Assembly (NCBI GenBank): GCA_947627105.1
Contig: CANQUT010000005.1
Span: forward strand, 1-56,400
Source: an uncultured Clostridia bacterium
GTDB taxonomy: Bacteria; Bacillota; Clostridia; TANB77; CAG-508
Direction: 5' to 3'
Length of the DNA stretch: 56,400 nt
Part shown: positions 8,440-17,585 of the stretch, in pieces
Layout: the number at the start of each line of letters is the position of its first letter
Numbering within the stretch: position 1 is the first letter of the stretch
The notes under the pieces: generated by a model
What the model saw: only the letters and a program-made list of their open reading frames with translations
Database searches by the model: none
Told to the model about the DNA's origin: nothing
Position numbers and translations under genes: made by a program

Positions 8440-11400
8440 CTATATTTTTTTATTTTTTACTATGAATTTATCTAAGCAAGCTAGAACTGCTGGTAATAAT
8501 GTTAAAATCAAAATTGTAGAACACAATGTGCCTTCTGAAATTGTTTTACATATTTTTGCTGCAATAGCTGATGTAAAGTTTGCAATTATTAAAGTTACTA
8601 TAATAAGTATTGAACTCGAAGTTAGTATAGTATTTATAGACTTATTGTACGAATCTATAATTGATTCTTTTATTCCTTCAGTTTTTCTATGTTCTAAATA
8701 GTATGATGTATATAAAATAGCATAGTCAATTGTTGCACCCATTAATATACTTTGAACAATTAATATTGCAATAAAATATACATTTTCTCCTACAATTGAT
8801 AATATTCCCATTGTTAAATAAACTGCGGTTTGTATTATTAAAACTAATATTGCAGGTATAGCAATGGATTTAAATGTAATTGCTACAACAATAAATATTG
8901 CTATCATTGTTATTACTGTTATTGTGTTTAGTTCATTATCAAAGGTTTTGCTAATTTCATATGCCATAGGTGAATCACCTATTACGTAAAAGTCTTCTAT
9001 ATTTTCTCCTAATACATCTTTTGTATTTTGTATAAATTTAAAAGTTTCTTCTGTTTCCTTAGCAAAGTTTGTATTTAAAACTACTCTTGAGTAATTATTA
9101 CCTATTAACAATTCTTTTGCATCTTCTATGTCTGATTTTGCTTTTATTATATCACTTCTCATGTCATCTTCAATAAAGTCTGTAAATCTTTCGTCTTGTA
9201 AAATATTATTATTTAAGAAATTTACAAATTCCTCTACTGTCATCTTCCAATCTTTATTGTATTCATTGCTACTTCCATAGTAAGTATAAAGCATTTTTAC
9301 TGTATTTTCTTCTACAGTATTACTTAATTTACTAAGAATAGCAAATATTTCATCTGCTGTGTATTTTGTATTATTTATTGCAGATTTCATAATGCTATTT
9401 GCCGTATTTAATTTTGATATTTTTTCATTATCAAAATTGCTTGAATATTCTTTATTTTTAGCTACATCATTAAGTAAAAAATTAACAAATTCTTTTAATG
9501 ATACTTTTAGATTTTTGTTTATATATTTAGAATTGTACAAGCCATAAAGTAAATTTGTATTGTCTTTATTTATTCCTAATAATGAAGATAATTCATTACT
9601 ACCATACTTTTTGTTATTAATAACACCATTTATAACTGATTTTATTAAATTCAAATTGTTAATATTATCATTTGATATTTTGCCTGAAAGTGCATCATCA
9701 TCTTTATGTGAAAGTACAAAGTTTACAAATTCTTGTGGTGTAATAGTTGTATTATTTTTACTTGAAACATATAAAGTATATATGTTTTTTGTACTATTAC
9801 TATCAATTCCTATTATTTTAGAAAGTTCTTTATATGTATAGCTTTTATTATTTTTTTCACTTTCCATAATAGTAGATAAAAATTGCAATTGGTTTAATGT
9901 AGTTTCATCTACAAAACTTTTTATAATTTCATTTCCTAATATTAAATTTACAAATTCATATGGACTAGCTGTATGTACACTATCTGCATTGTTTCCTTCT
10001 TGGCTATATTTAAAAAATAAAACTTGATTAATTTTAGTTTCATCTACGCCAAATAAATTAGCTAGCTCTGTAGAATTCATTTGTTTATCAATTATATTTA
10101 AATTACTAAATGTTGCTAATACTTTTATACTATGAATTGTTTGCTCATCAAAACTATTTGCATAATTGCTATCATTTAATACATTATTTAATACAAAATT
10201 TGAAAATTCCGAAATTGTCATTTTGGTATCAATATCATTTGCAAGAACATAATATTTGTACAATTCATTCATTGTATTGCTATCAATTCCAAATAGTTTT
10301 GCCATTTGGCTGCTTTTCATTTTCTTTTGTATTGTTTGCTTATTTGTAAAAGCTGATAATGTTTGCAAACTAGCTTTACTTTTTGAATCTATTTTATTTG
10401 CATATTTTTTATTTGTTAAAACATCTTTATTCATAAAGTTAATAAAGTCATTTAAAGTAATTTGTGTATTATTATTTTTAGAAAGATAGTAAATAAAAAT
10501 ATCATCTATTTTGCTTTTATCTATTTCTAGTATTTCTGCTATTTCACTAGCTGTTTTCTTTTTATTCATTGCATTTACTGTAACAAAATTTTTTAATCTT
10601 GTAATATCTTTTTTAGTGTTACTATCAATCTTTTTGTTTGCTTTTTCATTGTTATATGCATCATTTTCAATGAAATCAATAAATTCAGCAAACGTCATGC
10701 TATTTTTCTTATCTTGATTATAGTAATCATAATATACTATTTTTAATAAATAATCTTCTGTATCAGTTTCTCTTCCTAGGTCTTTTAATCTATCGTTTAG
10801 CTTATCATAAGTTAGAGCTTCATTAATAGTATTTCCATAAGCTAATACTTCATCTACTTTTTCTTCATCTTCAAAATCTTTTAAATATTGTGAAATTTTT
10901 TCTTCATCTTCATTTTTATATATAATAGCCATTTGATTGTTTTCGTTAAAAACATTGGCTATTTCGTCTGATTGCGTGTCTGTATAATTTATTCCTAAAT
11001 TGCCTTTTAATATAAAACTTGTAATAAATACTATAAGAAATATAGGAACTGAAATAAACCTAATTTTATAGCTAAAACTACCTAACTTGTTTAATTTAAT
11101 ATTAGGACTTTTCTTTTTAGTTTTTACTATCCATTTATCAAACATTAGTATTAAAGCTGGAAGTACAAAGAAAATACAAATTAAGCTAAATAATACACCT
11201 TTGGCTAAAACCAAGCCTAAATCTTTTCCAATTTTAAAACTCATAAATACTAATGCTAAAAGTCCAACTATTGTTGTAACAGAACTACTTGATATAGCTT
11301 GCATAGCTTTGTGTAAAGCATTTTTCATTGCTTTTACATTGTCTTTTTCTGTTTTCTTTTCTTGGTCGTATCTATTCATTAACATTATTGAATAGTCCAT

Positions 11401-12063
11401 TGATAATGCCATTTGTAATATTGCAACTATTGATTCTGTAATGTTAGATACATTTTGAAATATAACATTTGTTCCTTTGTTTAAAACTACTGCCATTAAT
11501 ATTGAAGTTAAAAATAAAAATGGCTCTACGTAAGATTCGCACATTATAATTAAAATGATTAAGGCACTTATAACTGCAAGTACAACAATCCAAAACGGTA
11601 ATACTGATTTATTAGTTTCAGATACGTTTCCACTTGTATAAATAGTATAATCTTTATAATTTTCATTTATTTGATTATATATATTAGTTGCTAATGTTGA
11701 ATCTGACTTATCATCTACTGTAATAACATATAATGTATAATTATCTTTGTTATATTTTTCTGTATTTTCATAATCTACACTTTTTATTCCTTCTATGTTT
11801 TCCAAATCATTTTTTATATTTAATTTTTCTTCATCTGCTAAATTTTCAAACATTAAGTTTAAAGTACTTGTTTCAACTTCTGAAAATTCTTTTTCCATAA
11901 TGTCCATGCCAATTCTTGTTTCTGATGTATCTGGCAAATATTTTGCTATGTCATGATTAATTTTAACTTTTGTTGATAATATAGCAGAAACAATTGTTAA
12001 AATAATAAATAAAACTAATATAAAATGTCTTTTGTTTATAATAAAGTCTGTAATTTTTCTCAA
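8440..12063 (-). CDS. MMPL/RND-superfamily transporter with a large tandem-repeat extracytoplasmic insert
   Basis: Two MMPL-type TM bundles (LQMALSMDYSIMLMNRY; GATIDYAILYTSYY) flank about 550 aa of about 78-aa repeats. Likely TTG start at 12063 behind AGGAAGGA (ORF track extends to 12117). Confidence 0.7.
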   Translation of the reverse strand: MRKITDFIINKRHFILVLFIILTIVSAILSTKVKINHDIAKYLPDTSETRIGMDIMEKEFSEVETSTLNLMFENLADEEKLNIKNDLENIEGIKSVDYENTEKYNKDNYTLYVITVDDKSDSTLATNIYNQINENYKDYTIYTSGNVSETNKSVLPFWIVVLAVISALIILIIMCESYVEPFLFLTSILMAVVLNKGTNVIFQNVSNITESIVAILQMALSMDYSIMLMNRYDQEKKTEKDNVKAMKNALHKAMQAISSSSVTTIVGLLALVFMSFKIGKDLGLVLAKGVLFSLICIFFVLPALILMFDKWIVKTKKKSPNIKLNKLGSFSYKIRFISVPIFLIVFITSFILKGNLGINYTDTQSDEIANVFNENNQMAIIYKNEDEEKISQYLKDFEDEEKVDEVLAYGNTINEALTYDKLNDRLKDLGRETDTEDYLLKIVYYDYYNQDKKNSMTFAEFIDFIENDAYNNEKANKKIDSNTKKDITRLKNFVTVNAMNKKKTASEIAEILEIDKSKIDDIFIYYLSKNNNTQITLNDFINFMNKDVLTNKKYANKIDSKSKASLQTLSAFTNKQTIQKKMKSSQMAKLFGIDSNTMNELYKYYVLANDIDTKMTISEFSNFVLNNVLNDSNYANSFDEQTIHSIKVLATFSNLNIIDKQMNSTELANLFGVDETKINQVLFFKYSQEGNNADSVHTASPYEFVNLILGNEIIKSFVDETTLNQLQFLSTIMESEKNNKSYTYKELSKIIGIDSNSTKNIYTLYVSSKNNTTITPQEFVNFVLSHKDDDALSGKISNDNINNLNLIKSVINGVINNKKYGSNELSSLLGINKDNTNLLYGLYNSKYINKNLKVSLKEFVNFLLNDVAKNKEYSSNFDNEKISKLNTANSIMKSAINNTKYTADEIFAILSKLSNTVEENTVKMLYTYYGSSNEYNKDWKMTVEEFVNFLNNNILQDERFTDFIEDDMRSDIIKAKSDIEDAKELLIGNNYSRVVLNTNFAKETEETFKFIQNTKDVLGENIEDFYVIGDSPMAYEISKTFDNELNTITVITMIAIFIVVAITFKSIAIPAILVLIIQTAVYLTMGILSIVGENVYFIAILIVQSILMGATIDYAILYTSYYLEHRKTEGIKESIIDSYNKSINTILTSSSILIIVTLIIANFTSAIAAKICKTISEGTLCSTILILTLLPAVLACLDKFIVKNKKI

Positions 12064-12122
12064 AGTAGGTCCTTCCTTTCTTTTAGTATACATTGCGGAT
12101 GATTTGAATAGTAACATATTTA

Positions 12123-12863
12123 TTAACTTATAATATCTTTTATTACTTCTCCTGATATAATTAGCCCTGCTACTGATGGAACAAAAGATATACTTCCTGG
12201 CACTTGTGTTTTTGCCTTGCCATTTCTCTTTGTTTCCATATTTTCTAATTCATAATCAGATTTTAAAACTTCATTTAGCTTAATTGGTTCTTCTTCTGAA
12301 TAAACTACTTTAAGCTTTTTAATTTTTCTTGCTCTTAATTCTTTTCTCATAACTTTAGCTAGTGGGCACACATTAGTCTTGTAAATATCTGTTACCTTAA
12401 ATTTTGTTGGGTCTAACTTATTTCCTGTTCCCATACATGATATTATTGGAATATTTAATTTGTTTGCTCTAACTACTAATTCAATTTTTGCAGTTACTGT
12501 GTCTATTGCGTCCACTATATAATTAACTGTGTTATCTAAAATTTCTTCGCTATTTGGCATAAAAAACTCTTTATATACTTCTACATTTGCGCTTGGATTA
12601 ATATCTAATATTCTTTTTTTAGCTACATCTACTTTAAACATTCCTATTGTTTCGTGGGTAGCTATTAATTGTCTGTTTAAATTAGTTAAATTAACTTTGT
12701 CATCATCTACCAATATAAAACTTCCTATTCCTGCTCTTGCCAAGCCTTCAACAACAAAAGAGCCCACTCCTCCAATGCCAAATACTGCAACTTTAGAATT
12801 TTTTAGTTTTTCTATTTTTTCTTTTCCTATTAACAATTCTGTTCTTGAAAATTGATCTAACAT
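12123..12863 (-). CDS. tcdA: tRNA threonylcarbamoyladenosine dehydratase (ThiF/E1-like)
   Basis: 246 aa. VFGIGGVGS nucleotide-binding motif and overall TcdA/CsdL-like layout. Confidence 0.75.
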   Translation of the reverse strand: MLDQFSRTELLIGKEKIEKLKNSKVAVFGIGGVGSFVVEGLARAGIGSFILVDDDKVNLTNLNRQLIATHETIGMFKVDVAKKRILDINPSANVEVYKEFFMPNSEEILDNTVNYIVDAIDTVTAKIELVVRANKLNIPIISCMGTGNKLDPTKFKVTDIYKTNVCPLAKVMRKELRARKIKKLKVVYSEEEPIKLNEVLKSDYELENMETKRNGKAKTQVPGSISFVPSVAGLIISGEVIKDIIS

Positions 12864-12882
12864 TTAAAATAATCTCCACTTT

Positions 12883-13803
12883 TTATCTTAAAAATCCGTT
12901 AATTATAGCTTCTTCTGCTTCTTTTTCATTTAAGCCCAATGTCATTAATTTCATTAATTGGTCCCCTGCAATTTTTCCAATTGCAGCTTCATGAATTAAA
13001 TTTGCATTAACATTATTTGCAATAATTTCTGGAATTGCAATTACTTTACCATTATCTTTAATAATTGCATCACATTCAACATGTCCAAAGCACTCTGTAT
13101 TTCCTACTACTTTTGATTCAAATTGTTGAACTGAATTTTCTGTTGCTACTGATCTAGAAGTTACCTTTGTGCTAGCATTTTTTCCATTTAATTCTACATT
13201 AAATATTGTTTTCGCACTTTGCATGCCATGTGTCATAATTTTTTCTGTAACAACAAAATTAGTATTATCTTCTAATACACCTTTTGTTTCTCTAATTGTA
13301 GAATCTACACCTTTTATTTGTGTTGATTCCATTTCTAAAGTTGAACCTTGTTTTAAATGAACTTCTGTTACTGGATTTAAAATTCTTTTGCCTGTACCTG
13401 TTCCTTCTCCATAATGTTTTTCTATATATTTTACTTTTGCACCTTCTTCTAAAAAGAAACGGTGTATGCCATCATGCTGTGAATCTTTATGATGATCATT
13501 ATGAATTCCACACCCTGCTATAATAACAACATTTGCATTTTTTCCAATATAAAAATCATTATAAACAACATCATTTAATCCACTTTCTGTAATAATTACT
13601 GGAATGTGTACAATTTCAAATTTTGTATTTTCTTTAACATATATATCTATTCCTGATACATCTTTTTTTGTTACAATATTTATATTTTCTGTTACTTTTC
13701 TCTCAATGCCTTTTCCATTTTTACGAATATTGTAAGCACCTTCAAAGTTTTCGCCTTCTAGGTCAGTAATTTCATGTAATAAATCAGAATCTATTTTATC
13801 CAT
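12883..13803 (-). CDS. SufB/SufD-family Fe-S cluster assembly scaffold protein (short form)
   Basis: 306 aa. C-terminal LIHEAAIGKIAGDQLMKLMTLGLNEKEAEEAIINGF is characteristic of SufB/SufD. Overlaps sufC by 8 nt. Confidence 0.8.
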   Translation of the reverse strand: MDKIDSDLLHEITDLEGENFEGAYNIRKNGKGIERKVTENINIVTKKDVSGIDIYVKENTKFEIVHIPVIITESGLNDVVYNDFYIGKNANVVIIAGCGIHNDHHKDSQHDGIHRFFLEEGAKVKYIEKHYGEGTGTGKRILNPVTEVHLKQGSTLEMESTQIKGVDSTIRETKGVLEDNTNFVVTEKIMTHGMQSAKTIFNVELNGKNASTKVTSRSVATENSVQQFESKVVGNTECFGHVECDAIIKDNGKVIAIPEIIANNVNANLIHEAAIGKIAGDQLMKLMTLGLNEKEAEEAIINGFLR

Positions 13804-14515
13804 TAATTTTACCTCCTTCTAGCTTACAACATACAGGTCTTTCTAATACCTCATCTAATATCTGTTCTTTGTTTCCTTTTGTTTCTATTTTTCCATCTTT
13901 CATTAAAATAATTTCATCTGCTATATTTAAAATACGTTCTTGATGAGAAATAATAAGAGTTGTGCCTTTTACAATTTTTCTCATATCTTCAAATATTTTA
14001 ATTAAACTTTGAAAACTCCATAAGTCAATTCCAGCTTCTGGTTCGTCAAAAATAGTAAGCTTTGAATTACGTACAGCAACTGTTGCAATTTCAATTCTTT
14101 TTAGTTCTCCACCAGATAATGAGTTGTTTACTTCTCTATCTACATATTCTTTTGCGCATAATCCTACTTTTGATAATATATTACAAGCCTCATTTTTGTT
14201 TATTGGTTTTCCTGAAGATAATTTTAATAAATCATATACTGTAATTCCTTTAAATTTTACAGGTTGTTGGAATGCAAAACCAATGCCTAATTTTGCCCTT
14301 TCATCTACAGATAAGTCAGTAATATCTTTACCTTCTAATAAAACTTTTCCTGAATCCGGCTTTTGAATTCCCATAATTATTTTAACTAAAGTTGATTTTC
14401 CTGAACCATTTGGCCCAGTAATAACAACAAACTTATCTGTATCAATGTTTAAATTAATATGATCTAATATTTTTTTATTATCTCTTGAAAAACAAATATC
14501 TTTTAATTCTAACAT
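13796..14515 (-). CDS. sufC: Fe-S cluster assembly ATPase SufC
   Basis: Walker A GPNGSGKST, LSGGELKR signature, Walker B FDEPEAGID, 239 aa. Confidence 0.85.
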   Translation of the reverse strand: MLELKDICFSRDNKKILDHINLNIDTDKFVVITGPNGSGKSTLVKIIMGIQKPDSGKVLLEGKDITDLSVDERAKLGIGFAFQQPVKFKGITVYDLLKLSSGKPINKNEACNILSKVGLCAKEYVDREVNNSLSGGELKRIEIATVAVRNSKLTIFDEPEAGIDLWSFQSLIKIFEDMRKIVKGTTLIISHQERILNIADEIILMKDGKIETKGNKEQILDEVLERPVCCKLEGGKING

Positions 14516-14710
14516 AATTTTCCTTTCTTGTATTGCTATTTTAAAATATAAGCTTTTTTTGTTTCTTTAATCTAAAAATGCTATTTATTACTGCAAATCA
14601 TAATATATTTTAATACCTTTAATTGAAAGTGTCAATATTATTATTATTTCATTTCAAACATATGTAAGTAGATAAAACAAATGAGAGCTCAATATGAACT
14701 CTCATTTTAA

Positions 14711-15711
14711 TTACTCTATTTCAGGTTCTTCATGTGTTATTTTTCCATTTTTATCAATATTAAACTTTATATTTATTAATAAAGAATCTCCTGTATTATA
14801 AACAAATTTATATTCACCGTTTCTTCAAATTTCCATATGATAACTCCCAATTTAATTTATAGCCAATTACTTTATAATTACTATCTTCTGACATGCTTGG
14901 TAAATTATATACTAATGGTTCTATGTCCATGGCAAATATAGGTAACTTTTCCCATATATATTCACTTCCTGTTCCGTGTAAATCCGGCTATGGAATTTTC
15001 TGTATCTTTCCCTATTTTTTCTCCTACACCTATGTAATTTTCATTTTTTACCTTTTTATATATAGTGTAATCATTAGAATAATTATATGGAATTTTATTA
15101 GTATCTACTATAGTAATAGTTATACTATTTTTAGTAAGCTCATTTAATGTAACTTTGACATTTTCTTTTGACCTATAACAATATTTTAATATATTTTCAG
15201 GTATTTCTATATCGCTTTTCTCTTTAATAATTTCTATTTTTCCAATATTGGCAAAAGATGCTGGATAAGTTGTTAAAATCATTCCATCACAATATACTAA
15301 AATTTCTTGACCTTTTTTAAATTCAATATTCTCTACATTTTTTAATCCAATGCTATATAAATTATTTGTATTTTCTGCCTCCATAGCTAATAAATTATTA
15401 GGATTTACTTTTACTACTACTAATTTTACAGTTTCTTTCATACTATCTATTTCAGTATCAAAATCATTGTATTCCATAAACCACGTGCCAATCTTCATTT
15501 CATCAAAGCCAGATACTGTATTAAAATCTATAACTTTATAGCCTAATCCTAAATATATTTTTGTTCCGCCATCATTTACTTCATCTTTTAACATACAAAA
15601 TATTGGCTTTTTATTTTGTTTTACTCTACTATAATCTGCTAGAAAAAACATAAAACATAAAATAAGTATGACACCTATAATGATAAATAAAGTTTTTAAA
15701 TTTTTCTTCAT
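14711..15711 (-). pseudogene. secreted/membrane-anchored Ig-like domain protein interrupted twice (candidate +1 recoding at two in-frame CGG codons)
   Basis: ORF 15711..14962 ends ...AGFTRNRK*. The +1 frame continues GTGSEYIWEKLP...LSYGNLKKR*, and the next +1 frame gives GEYKFVYNTGDSLLINIKFNIDKNGKITHEEPEIE* (stop 14713..14711). Both junctions are at CGG (14976..14974 and 14819..14817). Confidence 0.65.
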
Positions 15712-15729
15712 AAGTTTCTCCCCTTTCTA

Positions 15730-16653
15730 TTATTTAGATGTTTTTATCTTTATTTTTGGTCTGATTTTTGAAGAAAAAATTGAATATATTGTTATTATTA
15801 AGAAGATTAATGAAATACATAATGTGCCTATTCCTATGTAATTTATTTTTTTATTTTGCACTATGTAATTAGTTTCCATTGTGCTATTTATATTATTGGC
15901 TACTATAGAATCTGTGCTAGTAGTATTTCCTGAGATTTCTTCACTTATTATTTCATTTTTAAGTGGTTGATTAGATAAATTAACTTCTGCCATTTCATTT
16001 AAATTACTACTGTTAACATTTTCTTGGTTTTTATCTGTTGATATTGAATTGCTAACTTTTTTAAAACTACTTTTTACTGTAAATACTCCTAATGTAAAAG
16101 TTATTATAAACATCGCAATATTTCCTAGTAATAATTTAATTTTGTATACTGCTCTATAATATTTCCATTTAATAGTGCTAATTGGCTGTTCTAATAATTT
16201 AGATATTTCACTAAATGATAAATTAGAAATTATTTTTAATGATACAATTTCTTTTTCTTTATTGTTTAGATTACTTATTAAATTATTAAAATTTTCTTTA
16301 TCAATAACTTCTTCTATTTCATCATTTTCATTTTTTATTTCATATATGTTTTCATCAGTTATATTAATTTGCTTGTTTTTCTTTCTAATGAATTCTAATG
16401 CTTCATTTTTTACCACTGCATATAACCAAGTAGCCTCTTTATCTTTTGGAAGATTATTTACATTCATACTATATATTTTTGTTATAAAATTTTGAACAAC
16501 ATCTTCTGAATCTTCTTTATTCTTTAATATACTAAAAGCTATACCATAAATTAGCTTATAATATTTATTACATAATTCTTCTATGGCTTGCTTTTTATCA
16601 ATTTTCATTTTATTAAATATATGTTTTAATTCTTTTTTATTAATTTTGCTCAT
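15730..16653 (-). CDS. ECF-type sigma-70 family factor fused to a C-terminal membrane-spanning extension
   Basis: Region 2 (DVVQNFITKIY...WLYAVVKNEALEFIRK) and region 4 (EKEIVSLKIISNLSFSEISKLLEQPISTIKWKYYRA), then a TM segment, an Asn/Ser-rich linker and a second TM. Confidence 0.75.
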   Translation of the reverse strand: MSKINKKELKHIFNKMKIDKKQAIEELCNKYYKLIYGIAFSILKNKEDSEDVVQNFITKIYSMNVNNLPKDKEATWLYAVVKNEALEFIRKKNKQINITDENIYEIKNENDEIEEVIDKENFNNLISNLNNKEKEIVSLKIISNLSFSEISKLLEQPISTIKWKYYRAVYKIKLLLGNIAMFIITFTLGVFTVKSSFKKVSNSISTDKNQENVNSSNLNEMAEVNLSNQPLKNEIISEEISGNTTSTDSIVANNINSTMETNYIVQNKKINYIGIGTLCISLIFLIITIYSIFSSKIRPKIKIKTSK

Positions 16654-16707
16654 TTTTTCCTCTTTTACTTACACCTATACTTTATATTATTTAGATGTTT
16701 TTTTGTA

Positions 16708-17208
16708 TTAATTTGGTTGGTTGTTTAACGACAAATATTCTAAACATTTATCTTCTAATTCACTGAAATTGCATATATTGAATTTTTCCCTAGTTTTACT
16801 ATTTAATCCTAGTTTATATACCTGATTTGCCAATTTTTTTATTTTTTCACTATTTATATTACAATAATGCAATTCTTTTCTCAATAATATTTGATATTTT
16901 TTATCTTCTTTTGAAAAATCTTTTTGACTTAAATATTCTATTGGACACGGAAACATAAAAGAAAGTCTTAAAGATGATATTGGTTTTAATTCTTTAGTTT
17001 TTCTATCTTTATCCATAATTAAAAATACTGTATGAGCTCTTTTATTATAAGAAGATACAGGTGCAAAGTAGTTAAAATTATTAATTGTTAGCACTATTCC
17101 ACAAAAAAATTTTTTATGTTTTTTATAATCTATATTTGGAATTTTGTCATCTCCATTGTCTTTTAAATATTTTATATATTCGCTATCTACTTCATAAAAT
17201 TTAAACAT
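16708..17208 (-). CDS. type III toxin-antitoxin system toxin, ToxN/AbiQ family endoribonuclease
   Basis: 166 aa. MFKFYEVDSEYIKYLK...KIPN, GIVLTINNFNYFAPVSS, LSFMFP and CNFSELEDK match the ToxN/AbiQ pattern. AGGAGG RBS. Tandem repeats and a terminator lie upstream. Confidence 0.85.
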   Translation of the reverse strand: MFKFYEVDSEYIKYLKDNGDDKIPNIDYKKHKKFFCGIVLTINNFNYFAPVSSYNKRAHTVFLIMDKDRKTKELKPISSLRLSFMFPCPIEYLSQKDFSKEDKKYQILLRKELHYCNINSEKIKKLANQVYKLGLNSKTREKFNICNFSELEDKCLEYLSLNNQPN

Positions 17209-17341
17209 TTTTTATACCTCCTAAAATAAGAAAAGTGGCTTCGCCACATGTACAGGTTTGCTTTGCAAACCGCACAGCCCAAGGTAACTTAACCTTGTTT
17301 TATAGCAAAAATCTGCGATTTTTCCTATAAAATAAGAAAAA

Positions 17342-17367
17342 GGAGTTAAAAAATTAATTTTAACTCC
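17342..17367 (-). terminator. Rho-independent terminator between the repeat RNA and the toxin gene
   Basis: GGAGTTAAAA/TTTTAACTCC 10-bp stem, 6-nt loop, followed on the minus strand by TTTTTCTTATTTT. This is the position expected in type III TA loci. Confidence 0.65.
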
Positions 17368-17406
17368 CCTTAATTAAAATAGGTTATTTTTCTTGAGCTA
17401 ACCTTT

Positions 17407-17515
17407 ACTCGAATATATTGTTCGCTATTGTTTTTGAGTTGCGAAACACTCGAATATATTGTTCGCCATTTTTTTATGAGTCGCGAAACACTCGTATTAT
17501 TGAATAGCTATTCAT
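17407..17515 (-). ncRNA. candidate type III antitoxin RNA (ToxI/antiQ-like tandem repeats)
   Basis: Two full direct repeats of 41 and 42 nt (17407-17447, 17448-17489) plus a degenerate partial unit (17490 to about 17515), directly downstream of a consensus promoter and upstream of the terminator and toxN-like gene. Confidence 0.7.
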
Positions 17516-17528
17516 TATTAGTATATTA

Positions 17529-17558
17529 ATTATACTACTTTTTTATTCTTTATGTCAA
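17529..17558 (-). promoter_or_regulatory. sigma-A promoter driving the repeat RNA / toxin operon
   Basis: On the minus strand: TTGACA (17558..17553), 18-nt spacer, TATAAT (17534..17529). Confidence 0.65.
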
Positions 17559-17585
17559 TACAAAAATCATATAAATTTTGCCATA

